Positions 1 through 13,140 of a stretch of 64,000 nt of DNA are shown piece after piece. Origin of the DNA: Raillietiella orientalis. Its lineage: Eukaryota. Both the position numbers and the translations under genes were made by a program. The notes under the pieces were generated by a model that saw only the letters and a program-made list of their open reading frames with translations, searched no databases and was not told where the DNA came from. The stretch spans positions 5,022,001 to 5,086,000 of the forward strand of contig JAYWIR010000007.1 of the NCBI GenBank assembly GCA_036172245.1, given 5' to 3'. Numbering within the stretch: the first letter of the stretch is position 1; the number at the start of each line of letters is the position of its first letter.

Positions 1-199
1 GCGCAACGCAGAAGTGAAAGAGGAAACGGAAACGGTGGGTGGAGAATGATGGAGGTGGTCGTCGATCGCAAACGCGGAGTGGAAATTGATCAGGGATGCT
101 GGAAGGCGCTCTTCTTCGGGGGAAGGAAGCGCTCGTGAGTTCGCGCAGAGGAGACGCAAGCAGGTGAAAAAGATGCTGCTGTCAAATCTGTATTGACAA

Positions 200-2700
200 C
201 CGGTTGCGCGCGGGGGGGGGGGCTTATTTATATGAAAAATAAACATTCAGGTCGGTGTCAGGACGCTTGGTCCTGCCATGTTATAAATATAGAAAAAGAG
301 ACCTACCGAGTACCAGCACGCGGGCCGGAGAGGTTCACCTCGGAAATAGAGGAGAAAGGAAGGGAGGGGAAACATAAAAGGGAAATAAAGCAAAAAAAAT
401 ACATGTAAAAAATGGGAGGGTTCGGGAAGCGATCACCAGATGCTGGAGGCATCCTCTGCATCCTTTCCAGGATGCCGGAAAGTTCCAGTTTTAAGACTTA
501 GATGGGGTCACCTTGACGCTGTACTCATGAAGAAGACAGCAAAATAGATGGCGTCCCTGCCGTTCTGGCCTCTGGAGTTGTTCCATGTAGCCATGATCCC
601 ACCTCGTAGGCAGCAAAGTGCTGCTGGGGATGTCGCCAGCCGGGGTGAGGGCGTCGCGCAGGAAGAGGCGCTTCAGGAGGTTTCTGGGGTTGACCTCGGG
701 GGTCCTCAGGGAGGTGGCAAAGCATGCACACAGGGAGCAGAGGTCCATACAATCCACGAGCAGGTGCGGGAGGGACTCTCTTTAGTCACACCTGCTGCAG
801 TTGGGGCTCTCCTCCTCCTCCGGATCCTGGCGACAGGCAGGCTTTGTCGAATCCGGATGAACGTGCCAGAGTCGATTCGCTTCCGTCTTGGGACGCATCG
901 GCACCCCGTTGAAGGGATCTGGAGAGGTGAACGGCTTGCCTCGGTCGAGGAGGGGCCGGTGCAATCTGAGAAGATTCGGCTGCCACCGGCCCACACCTGG
1001 GCTCCCTTGAACGAGGCACGTCCTAGGGCGCCACGCCCCGACTCGCCGAACCGCCAGCGGCGAAATGGCTGGGAGCAAGACTCAGGTTGTCCAGATGATG
1101 ACGCGCTCTCTCGAGAGAACTAGGGGAGACCGCTCCTGAGCGTCCGCTCCTGCCATTTCGGAAAAACCAGGCCCTGCCCGCGGAGGACTCCCTCAGAATC
1201 GTGCTCAAGGACCACCGTTCGTTCAGGGACTCTCGAAGCAATTTATAAGAACTGACCGCGTCACTGGAGGGTGCGCCTTCACTCTTCAAGTTATAAGGGG
1301 GACCCCGGGAGGGGATCAGCTTACGAATCCAGGAAGGCTCCAGAGGAAGGAGTCCGTTCCTCTTTGACTCTTGGAGAAAACGCGTGGAAGGACTCCGGAG
1401 GGTCAACTTTTAATCCCGGAGACCATGAACGGGATCATCCGGTTTCCTGTTTCAACCACCGTCGCAACCTGCAGTCTCATCCACGGCGGACTGCACCTGC
1501 GGCAGGTGGCCAAGCTGGCGAGGAAAAACGGATGGATCTCGTGCCGCCCCTCGAATATTAGCGCCTGATTGCAGGAAACCGTTCGCATACGTGGGCGAGG
1601 ATCCAGGGGCCAAACGCGGAACAGGGGCGACGTTTCCTGTGCAAGCGCAACAACAACTGCACTCTCCGGGAGATCCTGGAAGATCCTGCTAAGAGTTCAT
1701 GGGCAAACAGAACCTCCCTCGCCGCTGCGCTGCCCTCCCTTAGGGAGCATATGGACAGCAGCCTTACGGCTAGATGGAAGGTAACTGTAGAAATCTCCGG
1801 AAGGAGAAAAGGACTGGGTGAGTGGACGACGCGTGGAGATCGCACCCACGCTGCCGCGTTGGCACCCGCGTGGCTGCGACCAGGAGGAGACACGAGAGAG
1901 AGCTGCGAAATTCCGATCGAACTCGGACTCCCCCCTGCATCCAGCGGCCAAGTCCGGAAAGACGACTCCAGACGTCACTTCGCCTGTTGCGTCCTCTCCG
2001 ACGATCGTCTCCGGCTCCCTGACAACCCGCGCGAGGCAGCAGCCTTTCACCCTCCTATCTAGGTCCGCAATCTGCGACGGCCTTGCTTCTCTCCGTTCTC
2101 ACGCTCCTCATTAATCTGATTAGCAAAGTTGATCTTCCAGTATGAAGCCTGTCTTCGTCTGAGCATCTTATCTCTTCCCTTCGGGAACACGGCAGATGCT
2201 GATTGATTCGTTTCCTCCGAGAGCGGAACCTTCCTTGCCAATTTCGGTCTCTCCGCCTGAGCTTCCTTGAGAGACGGTGGGGAGGATCTCTTCGACACGC
2301 TCCTGAGAAGCCATCCTGAAACGGTTGCTTGTTCTTTGCGTGCTCGCCGCTCCGTGCTGGGGTGCGGCCGCAAAGTAACCAACTCTCGCTCTCCAGATTG
2401 TGTAGGCACCAAAGAGGGGCTGTCCCCTCCCTACGACTTCGACCACATGAACGAAGACGATGGCTTTCTTTTGCTCGTTCTTGCGTTCGTGGCTCCTGAG
2501 ACACGCGGTGCGGCAGACGACTCTCTCTGCTGTGCCCAAGAGTGCTGCAGCAGCTCGTTCAAAGGGCAGCTTGTGATCCCACGCTGCCACCACATTCGTT
2601 CTGGAGCGATTCAAAAGTCTTGTCGGTTGAACGCGCCATCCAACTGCAAGTGGAGCCATCGGTGATTTGCACAGCAATCAAACGGGAAATCCCGGCACTT
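200..2700 (-). mobile_element. Decayed L1/Tx1-like non-LTR retrotransposon (ORF2 remnant plus 3' UTR)
   Basis: C-terminal CCHC-like motif CSRC..ESLPHLLVDC followed by RNLLKRLFLRDAL, shared with other copies in the window; RT-like remnants upstream; pyrimidine-rich 3' UTR homologous to 49563-49800. Many stops and frameshifts. Confidence 0.75.
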
Positions 2701-3249
2701 CCAGATAATTCCCAGATCAGCTCACCACTAGAACAAAAGCACTTGATCTTCCCGCTATCTGTTACAGTTTGAAAATGGCAGAGACCTCTGTTGCTGCCCA
2801 ATCTTTGCAACCAGTTCATCTTTTATATCAGATTGTGGATGCAAAGTTCGGTTTTCAAACTGTGAATTCATTCTACTACTCCTCTCTAAATTTCTATGGA
2901 ATTCAAGTTGCGACTCTTGAGGAGCCTTCTTGTGCTCAGCATGCATATGAATTCTCGTAGAGTTTTCCGCAGAGAGCGATCACTGTCTATGGAGCTCCTA
3001 TTTTGTTTAGAAACATCGTGATAATTCTTGGATATGTATTTCAGCTTCGGTAGACCCCAGAGAAAGAGGGGAGAATTGATCCCAAGAATCACTCTACTCG
3101 AGAAAATGATAGCAAAAACGACAATAACAAAAGAATCCCATTTTGTGTCAATGGGTCAGGTGCTTTAGGCAAAACTGAGTCATGTCAGGGTCTTGTTTTT
3201 TATGAGACCTGACTCGAGAATCCATTCTTCCTAGAAGAGATCCATCAGG

Positions 3250-4130
3250 AACGACTAGGAATGCAATATTTCAAGCATACTGAGAATGCTAGGTCCAAGT
3301 TGCCGTTCTCTGCTCTTAAGCGGAGGAATCAGCTGCACCAAGAGACAAAGACATTCTTGCCTCTCCTCTTGGATTCGTGCCTTCAACTTCAAAAAATCTT
3401 TTCCAAAAACCGAAGCTGCAACCCCATCCTTTCGTTCATTCGGTGTCACATCTTCAACATGGTACCGAGAAGATGTCAGGAAGGCTGCAACTGCTTTTTT
3501 GTGTGACGGTCGGTACCAATGAGTGAAAGACTGATGCTGCTCTTCGCACTTCAACTGGTGGTCGGGCCTTCGTAATTTACAGACTCTGGTTCGTCGAGGG
3601 ATCCACAATCGGCAGGCGAGGACGACCTTTCTGGAAATGAATTCGATCGAGAGCGACCACGGATGCAAAAAATCAGACATTCCATTCGAGAAATGAGCAC
3701 CTGCATGGCTCCTGATAACACTGCATTGGACGGAGGTCGTGTGAGGAAAGGTGGGAAGGAAACCTACCTTTCCTCCACCTCCTTCATCGAGGAGGCATTG
3801 CAGCCTTCTACTGTTCAGGGAGGAGGAGGCTTCAGGAATTGCTTGCTCGGCGAAGCACTAGAATCCCAGAAACTTTCCCACCACAGCCCTGGAGATGAGA
3901 TGTGCAATCCACTGATTTTCTCCGCTGTAAGGTCTCTCTCGAACGCAGCTGACTCCCTGGGTGGATGCTCGTGGCTAGTTTCCGTCCTAGTCCCCGAAGG
4001 GAAGAGCCTTTTGACAAGTTCGAAGATAACTTAAAACACCAATTAAAGATGGAAGGAACTTTCTCTGTCGTCATTCGTCGTAATAAAAATGCAGGTGGAC
4101 TGAGAATTATCTCAGGGAACACTTTCTAAA
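3250..4130 (-). mobile_element. Decayed non-LTR RT fragment
   Basis: Weak, frameshifted RT-like segments; boundaries approximate. Confidence 0.4.
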
Positions 4131-4172
4131 GCCACCACAGGACGGCTCTTAATCCTCATGGGTTCGGTTCGT

Positions 4173-4679
4173 AAATCCCGGAAGATCATAAACAACAAAA
4201 GTATGCGTTTATTGTGTATCTAAACATGTATATTGATATATACATGAATATGCATATGTATTTTGACACACGTATTCTTTGATATTCATTAACGTACATA
4301 TCATTAATATAATTAATACCGTGCATTAATATGTGTTAAATATTAATATATGTGTGTGTTTATTATTTGCATTGATTTATATAATGGATACACATTAATA
4401 AATATGTAATTATCGAATTATAAACACATACATTTATCAAACGGTCGAAATCCCGAAAATGGAATTCATCATCTGCTGAGTGTTGGGAAATGACAGGAAA
4501 AGGAAATACAGAGAACTTCTTTTCTGCTTTTTTTTCATTTGTTTGCCTCTTTATTCTTTTTCCACTATTCTTTAATTGTCACCATTATTTTTTATCGTTA
4601 ATCATCCGCCATTCACACATCATATATACAGATGAATGTAATGAACACGTGTATTTATTTCGTGTGATCTTTCGGAATG
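4173..4679. mobile_element. AT-rich MITE-like element, copy 1
   Basis: Imperfect terminal inverted repeats (left aaatcccggaagatcataaacaac; right, reverse-complemented, attccgaaagatcacacgaaataaatacac). Internal segment ~4440-4560 is homologous to the reverse complement of ~9900-10040. Confidence 0.55.
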
Positions 4680-7350
4680 TCGATCGGCAGCGATCCGCCT
4701 CGAGCGGCTTCTGAGCGCGTTTCGAATTTTCTCTTCCCGAGGAGGCAGCGAATCTTTGCGGCTGCAGTTTCCGTATCCGGTTGGATTCGCCGAACCGTTC
4801 CTCCCTTTATGTCGGAAACTGCGCAAAGAACGCCGTGGCTTCAGACCCATCTTTTGCGGTTGCAACCACCTCCGTTTGCTCGGCTCGGTGCATCCCAGCT
4901 CCACACTTTATTTCTTGACACGCACTGTGAACGCAGCCTTACCACTTCCGCAATGGCGCGGGTGCGCTTCCCGAGGAAACACGAGGACCAGCGGAAGCCA
5001 GCGCGGGGGTCACTCATCCAACAGTTGCTGCTCTTCGCTTTTGGATCCTTTTCACGAGGCTCAACGAAAACCTGGTCCTGCCCATGCACGAATGCAGCAG
5101 CTTCGGTTCCTTGGAAAAGAAAAAAAGAGAAAAAAATTGCCTTTCCACTTTGAATGAGAAAAGAGACAGAGGTGACTGACAAGCGCTCGTAGCTGCTGCT
5201 GACACTTCAGCGTCTGCCAGATGCAGGAAACCGTTCCGCAGGAAGAATTCTTCTCTTGCCCTTGATAAGATAGTCGGCGGGAGTGCGAATCGGGAGAATT
5301 CGAAGGAGGTGAAGACGTTCCAAGCTTCGCACCTCGGTCCAGTAAGGTTTCTTCCAGGCGGGATCGCGTCTCGTGGACTCGAACTTTGGCAGGAAAAGCT
5401 CCAATCCCACAAGCAAAAGCTCTGTCTTCCGCGAAAGAGAATCGCAACACCTGCAAGCTGTTGAAGAGGGGCTTCCCCGATGGCACCTGAATGCGGCGAA
5501 CACCAATGGCGCATGCATGCCATCGGTTTTTTCGGCGACTGGTATTACGTGTGGATCCCAGAAGATTAAAGTCAAGAATCCACGTGCGAAATTTCATCTT
5601 CCGATATTCGGTTACCTTCCGCTCTTCTTCAACATTCCAGGCGATACTTCCGAATCCAATGAAGTACTCAGGACCCGAAGCATCACTGACAGCCGCTCGA
5701 AGGAATGCTTCGCCAGCCAATGACGCGGCTCGGCGCCGAACCGAGAGCGTTTGCTTCAGACAAACTGATCTGCTCGAACCGAGATCCGTCTCCGCATCTC
5801 CTGCGAAAAATTCCAAATAACTCGTTAGGCGACGTTACTCCAAGCGGCAGCAAGCCGACGGGATCCGACCCAGCTGACCGAAGGGTCAACGGCAACACGG
5901 ATGTCGTGGCCGTAGGGCAGCGGAAGCTTGCAGCCAGCAGACACGAACCGTTTCCTTTTCATGCTGTTCTTCAGTCACTCTGGACAATCTCGAAAGTAAC
6001 TTGAGTCACGTTCTTTACGATCTCCCAGATCTCAATCCGTGTACAAAGACTGTACCATAACTTCACCGTATAAAGTTGTGTAATTTAGTTCTTTTCGTCG
6101 TCGTCGTCGCCGTTGTTTCTACAAAAGATGAGAAATACCACATGCGTCAGCGAGGGTGAAGCCGTTTCCAGACGAAAAGAGAAAAACATCCAGGATCAGT
6201 GTATAGGAGGTGTCATGGTCTGGATGCCAGTCGCTTTAACCCTTTTCCCTCCGAGTTCTCGGGGGCGGATTCCGTTTCCCCCAAGAATCAGACTCCAGAC
6301 TCACGTTGGGTACCTCACGTTCAGGATGGAAAAATGACGGCAGGCAGCGGGTGGGAAGGCTGCAAACATCCCGAGGAAGGAACACTCCGCAAGGAGGGTG
6401 CGCGGGCTCCTCGGAGCAAAAACATCCCGTCGGCGATCCAACTTTGCCGCAGGCAGTCCTTCGGTTTCGCTGCCCCGTTCGGCTCATTAGCAGCGGGGCC
6501 GAAGGTTTACCGCGACTCTCAAATCGCCGGCTGTATCACGCTTTCCATCTGCTTTTACGACCCGTCCGGACAGAGTTGCAGATAAAATCTGGTCGGTCAT
6601 TAACTCGAGAGTATTAATTAGGAATGCCTGGTGTCCAAGATAAGCAATGGCAGATAATCCGCGATCGCCAGATACTCGGGATCGTGCTCTTCAAAAGCGC
6701 CCGTTCTTTGCCATCGGGAAGGGGGTACCGTGGGGGACGCCCGGACAGTCGAAGAGGAGCGGCTTCGTTGGGATAAAAACGGTCCAGCTCGAATCCCGCA
6801 AAAGGGAGTCAACTCAGCTGGCCGAGTCTCGGACACCGAGGTCGCTGGTTGCTCGTGGACCTCCTCACGCGAGAACCATCGAGCAATGCTCGTCGCCTGC
6901 AATAGCCGTTTTCCAGAAATATCTGTGTACATTTCTGGAAACCTGCGCAGGGAAAGCACCATCCGCCAGATCCCCGTGGCATTCCTGCCTCCGTTTCCGT
7001 TTCATCTTCGGAATCCCCTGCGACCTTGCCGAAGCAACACCTAACAGCAGCACACGCGCGGAGTGACTGAACGTGGTCGAAGGCGCGTCGCTCTCACGCA
7101 AATTCATGCAAAACGATCATCGTCTGCGCCTGCGCGGTGCCGACTTCCATTTCGCTTTCGTCTCATTTTCAGCGCGAGATGCAGCGTGTGAAGCCCCAAG
7201 GGTGAATCTAACGATCTCGCCGCTGATGCTCTGGAGCGCTCTGGGATGAGCACCCCTTCTGAGCCTCCGTGCCCAGAAGGAGAAAAGGGAAAAGAAAAAA
7301 AAAACGGCGCGTGATAAGTAGGGAGCTTCCGTAGCTGACTTTTGCTCATT
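4680..7350. mobile_element. Jumbled decayed retroelement fragments (5' UTR/ORF1/endonuclease-like)
   Basis: GC-rich with no intact ORF and composition like neighbouring Tx1-like pieces; motif support is only weak. Confidence 0.3.
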
Positions 7351-8479
7351 TTTTCGATGCCCTGAGAGGAAGACTGTGACCCTTGGTCTTCTTTGGTATG
7401 TCTTGCTCCATCCTCAGTGTGTAGAGCTTAATTTTTTTTTTTTTTATTGACAGTACTCGAAAGAGAGTCTCTTTCCTTCTTTTTTTGCAGGCAGGAAGTG
7501 CGGCGTCAACCCTTGCCGCACAGTCTCTTGCACGTATCGAGAGATCTGCACTTCGAGATGATCAAAAAAAGGTGTGGCACGAAGAAAGCATATTTGAACA
7601 CATCAGCGTAGGTACGGATGAAACCCAACTCATCACTGCGACAAATCTAACTAATTCCTTTTCCAGAAGAGACCGCTTTCTCTGTAAGGAGTTGCGATCC
7701 TAAGGAGATTCTAAGGCTGTGATTCCAACACACCTTTCTCTCTCATCTCTTTGGTTTCCAATTCCTCTTGAACCTTTTTTTTTTCTTTTTTTTTCGGGAG
7801 CCAGGTTTGCGCCTTACAGATGTGTAGTCCAAAGAACTGATTTCACATCCGCTTTTTGGTCTGTTATATATACACACACATATACTTACATAAAACATCT
7901 TCAGTAGAGTGACCTGCTGAAGCCACGATTCGCGCGACTTTCTATAAACGAATGAAGTTATAAACTTTAGAAAACGAAAGTGCCATCCATCATACTATCA
8001 CGGGAGAACGAGGACATCTAGGCAGTCAAATCATGCATTAATATTGAGCATGTTGTTATTAAATGGGAAAGTCGATGTTGCCGATGTCACACAGCTAAAT
8101 CCACGAAGCCGTTGCTGCCGAGTGTTGTTTTCGCATTTCAGCATGCAGTAATGTACAAAGACCCCTTTCCAGAGTGAAAACACAAGAAACAGTAATAGAT
8201 TTTGGAACAGAAACTACTCTTCTCCAGCGATAGAGTGCTGCTTGTGTGCCGCTAAATCGAAGGAAAACGGCTCTGACAGCAATTTCCCCACGCAGAATTG
8301 AATTCCATCAGCTGATTTTCCAGCGTTTGTCTCTTAAATGCGACGGAAGTCTTTGGTCTGATGCAAGGCGAGTTGGAGTCTCACTGGCCAGAAGAGAGGA
8401 GGAAGTAACAGCGGTGAGCGTAACCAGGGATCCAAGAGAGAGGAACATTTAGCATCCAGTAAAGCCTTGGGTCACACAC

Positions 8480-9220
8480 GTGAGAAAAACAGCTGAGCTT
8501 CGCCAAGACGTCAACCAACGTGTTGTGCTTCCCTTCCTCGGCACGTGGCATCGGAGCGAGGTGGGTCCCTCTTTCACAGTCAGTAGTGCCAGCACTGAAA
8601 GAGATGCGCTGAAGCTGCTGCTTATGAGGACATGGAGAAGGCCGTGCCTTTGTGCCGGAAACGTCTTCGAGCCTACGAGGGAGAATGCTTGCTGGAAAAC
8701 TCCGGGATCCCAAGTGTGAAAGCGAACCGGGTTCCTCCAGTTATCACAAGTAGGTGGAGGTGCTCGACCACGAGACTCTCAGAACCGATAGTCAGGGGCG
8801 GGCAGCAGGCCTATCGAAGCGAGATGTGTTTTCAGATTGTCCGAGTGATAAAACCGCAAAACATAAGGATGGATCACGAAAGTGATGAGTCGGAAGCTTG
8901 CATCCAAGATGGCCGCTATCTTGCATCGGCGGGCCCGCTCTTCCATCGCTATTGGTTACACGGCAGCCATATCTGCTGGGTTCCCACATCGTCAAGTTGT
9001 ACCGAAAGATGCTTTATCTCATTCCGGCGCATGGCGTACATGCGTAGGACACTTGCGAACCTCTTCACGGAAACAAACATCCTTCTGCAGGAATTGTCTG
9101 AAGAGCGTCGTGATAAATCATCCACGTGCCCACCAAAGGTCACGAATCTGCGTGTCGGCTTACCTGCCACGGCTACGGAGCGCCTCAAAGGGCCACTGAA
9201 ACGAAGTTGTACTTGATCGA
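8480..9220 (+). mobile_element. Penelope-like element remnant
   Basis: Fragments VLPFLG (cf. LPFLD), QIVRVIKPQNIR and TETNILLQELSEE (cf. GIY-YIG GETxRxLxxRxxEH) occur in Penelope order but are very degenerate. Confidence 0.35.
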
Positions 9221-9310
9221 ATCCCCTTTGGCTTTTCATGTACGTACGTATAACGGGGGGGAGAGAACCCAAAAGGTCTCAGTGATGGGTGTGAAATCAT
9301 GGCTTGGTTC

Positions 9311-10203
9311 AAAATCAACACCTCGAAAGATCTTAGAAATAAATACACATGCCTATTACACACATCAACGTGTAAATTAATGTATATTATCAAGGTTAAT
9401 AAAAATAAATATACAAGCCTGTTGTGTATATTAATGTATCGATCAATATGCGCATTTATTTGAACACATGTAGGTACTAATATCCGTTAAAATACATACT
9501 ATTAATATAATTTACAGTATGTTTATCATATGGCAATATATATATATTTGTATAGAATAATATATATTTTATGGATATCATAAAAACAGATATATGTTTA
9601 TTATATATAGTAATGCATATATTTCTACATAGAGAATTATATATTATATACATATACTGATATATAAATTAACATGCTGATTGATGCACAAATTTATTTC
9701 AACATAAATGTTTATTGCTATGATTAAAAATATGCATTTATCTATACATTATTAATATGTACAGTGGAGATTATAAAAACAAACATACATGTTTCTTAAG
9801 CACAATAATGTATGTATGCATATATATGTATGTAATACATACTGAATTAATTTACAACCACCCAATTTTCCAAAATAAAGTAATAGCAGCAACGATTGAA
9901 GAAAGTGAAAAGAATAAAAAGGCAAACGAATCAAAAAAGCAAAAAAGGAATTTTGCATTTCCTCTTCCTGTCATTTCCAGCACAGCAGATGAAGGCTTCC
10001 CAGGAAGGGATGCCTTTTCGGGATTTTGATCCTTTGACGAATTTGTTTGCTTTTGATTCGGTGTTTGCACATTCAGTGAACATACATTCGTTGCAATCAA
10101 CACACATCCTTATTTTTTTTTTACAGCCTTTATGATATATATTAATCTATATTAACGCATGTAACATGCATATGTATTTATTTTTAAGATCTTTCAGGAT
10201 TTC
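9311..10203. mobile_element. AT-rich MITE-like element, copy 2
   Basis: TIRs: gaaagatcttagaaataaatacacatgcctattac (from 9325) versus the reverse complement of 10161-10195, gaaagatcttaaaaataaatacatatgcatgttac. Confidence 0.65.
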
Positions 10204-10212
10204 GCCGTTGGG

Positions 10213-11300
10213 GATTTCAATCGGCATCGGGAGCATCCAGCATTTCAACGTTTATTACTCTCTGTGCATTAATATTTGCTGTACCTTACAAGCTCTACAG
10301 AACAACGAATGAAAGCAGCGACGATTCCAGAAGACAGGAAGTGCGGAACGCCTGAAGTTGTTGAACTTCAGGTTCGGCAGCCCTCCCCCATCAACCCATG
10401 CGTGTGCAGGTGCGGGGTGAGGGTCTGCCACGGGGCACGAAGACGGGAACGCTGTTGCCGGACGGCGACCGCCGTGGTCCTCACGCGGCGTCCACTCCTT
10501 CCACCGCGGAGCACGTGGACACGAGGCGTGGAAGTCGCGGGACGCGCTGTGAAAGCGAGAGGGAGGGAATGGGGAAAAGAGCAGGTTCCAGACCCATGAC
10601 GTAAGCAGCGTAGGTGGAAACCAGCGGGGAGGCAGCAAGTACGGGACAAGAACCACGAAGTGAAGTGCAAGCGTCGTCATCTGAAATGGGGAATTTTCGT
10701 GGGTCCTTGCGGAAATGGAAGGGGAAGGGCGAGTCAAGTAGGGAAGATCTCTACGCCGAAGAGGTTGGCTTCGTGAATGGAGTGGGATGGCGGCGGTCGA
10801 GTCTCCTCCTGTTGCCAGGTCTCCTCCTGCCGAAACCCCACGCCTCACGAAGAGACGATTTCCGGAGCGGCTTCAAAAGTTTCCACTGCGTACGAAGAAA
10901 ACATCGCATTTCGCAAGATATGGGATTACCTCAGCATCCTCGCGTGCTGCGGCTCCCGCGGCGGAGCACTTTTTTCCCCGTTCCTGCGGGGTTGATTGGC
11001 CATCTCGCGAAGATGCTGTGACGGGCTTTCAGCCTTGCCTCCCTTCCTAGCCCGGACTTCAGCTCCATGCACACGGGCGCTGAGGCTTCTAACGAGGCTT
11101 CAACCAATGGACACATTCCAGACTGCCGTTCCTCGTCAAGTACTACCCTGCCTCTGGTCACGGGAGGACACTGCTCTCTGCATCCGTAGCGCTCCGCGCT
11201 GCCAAAAACAGACCCACAGTCGAGGACTCTCCAGGAAGTGCTTTTCACATGCCTCAGCCCACGAAACGTGCATGGAAACTAGATAAGTTGTCTTCGGCAT
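10213..11300 (-). mobile_element. Decayed non-LTR 3' fragment
   Basis: RT C-terminal-like remnants. Ends AATAAACGT...TTGAAATC, similar to the TSD-defined end at 49563. Confidence 0.45.
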
Positions 11301-12009
11301 TTATTTAGACCATGTCAGAGGACAAAGCAGGGAAACCCGCAGGGAATTCTTCACTGCTAGCAGTTTCCAAAGAAACGTTCTCAAGTGCGTTGTTCGTTGT
11401 TTCGATACACGCTGCATCCGTCAGCTCTTTCAACCACAGTGATGAGAGCCAGACAGAGGTGGTCAGGCAACCTTTAAGGAGAGACCTGGAACGCCAGTTG
11501 GCACGCCTCAAGTGCCTCAACGCAGCGCATACCCCCGACTCAAAAGTACAATACACAGAGGGCTCCATACAGCGTACAACTCACATGTGGGATGCACTGT
11601 TGCAGGCGAGCAGAGCTCATTCCAGAGTTCCTCACAAACATGACGCCGGAGGCATAGCAAGCAGGAGCGACAGAGGAAACGAATACTTCGTTCTCTCTGC
11701 TGCGCCCGCTCGATCTCGCGCACGCACCGACGCCTGTGAAATGAAAGGGATGCTCTTCTCCAGAAGGATACAGTGGATGGCCTCTCAGGCAGGCGGTGAT
11801 GGCATTCGTCGGCGAACACAGCTGTGGAGTCTGCCTTATCTCTGCTGGCCTCAGACAACCCACGAGCTGACCAGACGTGCTCCCAAGGAGGGAGCACTTC
11901 TCGTCGCCCAAGAGTCTGTGCTTCCAAGACCGCATCCACACACCCGCGCTGGCGGCTGCGTGACTGCGGACCATGTGTGTGGCGTACAAAACGTCCGGGG
12001 TTCAAATCC

Positions 12010-13140
12010 CATCCTGAGGAAGTATTGATGACGGGCAATGGATGCGTCGTGGGTTTCTATTTACACCTCAAGATGATGCTGACTGGACTTTCCGGGTGCT
12101 GGACAGGTGAAAGCAGTCAGAAACAGGATGCTCCCGTTCACTGCGGGATTGCAAGTCCATACTAAGAGGATCTTCTAGGACATCAAGGAGCCATTCGGAG
12201 TACTTCTCCGGTTGTGAAAATGAAGTCTTTCCCCGTCCCCCTCGGAAGGAACCCTCCATTGTGTACCATGGAGCGGGAGCTCCTCGCCAGAGTGTCAAGA
12301 AGTGTGCTGCTTTCTTCGGAGAGTGCCCTTCAGAGAATTTGGGAAGCGCCTGTTTGGGGATTTCTTCAGAGAAGAAGGAAACGGAGCGGTTCCCTTGCAG
12401 GTTCCCTCCGGCAAAGAAATCACAAGAGCACATCCCCTTTTTGGGCTCCCTACGGAGAAGAAGCGAGGAGTGCCCTCCTCCTAGAGTTCCTCTGGAGAGA
12501 AAAAGGAAGAGGTTCCCTCCCAAGCGTAAGAGACGGAAATGACTCCTGTGAGCAGGAGCAGGGAACGCGAATCTTTCCCGAATCTGCTCGAGGAATACGT
12601 TGCCCTCCGGCTCCTGTGGGAACGTTTTGGATCCCGGCTGGCACCTACAGAGACATTTTGCGGGTCCTCATTGTGCGGGACACCCTGCAGCCAGCCGCAG
12701 CCCCATGAGCTGCTTGCTGCATCTGCAGGATCGTGGCGGCCTCGAGCTAAGCCGACAGAGGAAGAAACGAGAGGGATCCGGTCCAGTTGGCAGTTCTCTT
12801 TCCGCGGGTAGCGGCTACATGGGATCAGCTGGGATCTATTCCAACGGACCTAGATGGCACCTCGGAAAGGATGCAGGCTGCTTCCGGTGGACAGTGATCC
12901 CTTCCCGACTCTCCCAAGGACGTTTTTTTTATTTCGATTCCGTCTTTCATATTCTTGCTGTTTTCTACCCTCTCCCTCCGTTGTCGAGGGGAGCCTCGCC
13001 GGTCTGCGCAGCGGCGACGCAGCGGCGACCCAGCAGCTCCCTGGACAAACGGTAGGACCACGTGTCCTACCACAACAACACATGAGTTTTTTTTCAATTG
13101 GGAGAAATGCCCCGTCTGGGTGTCCCGTGTGGGAATCGGA
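12010..13140 (+). mobile_element. Decayed L1/Tx1-like 3' fragment (3' half duplicated at 25511-26080)
   Basis: NLLEEYVALRLLWERF matches the family HLLVDCAALRPLWERF motif; 3' UTR homologous to other copies. Confidence 0.7.

Noticed and set aside
2760..3100. RTE-like LINE remnants (also ~16000-16640 and inside SUMF1 intron 5)
   Set aside because: Only faint motif echoes; too weak to list as features without an HMM search.
11940..12015. tRNA gene suggested by the B-box-like GGTTCAAATCC
   Set aside because: No cloverleaf or A-box could be built; better explained as a retroelement 3' end.
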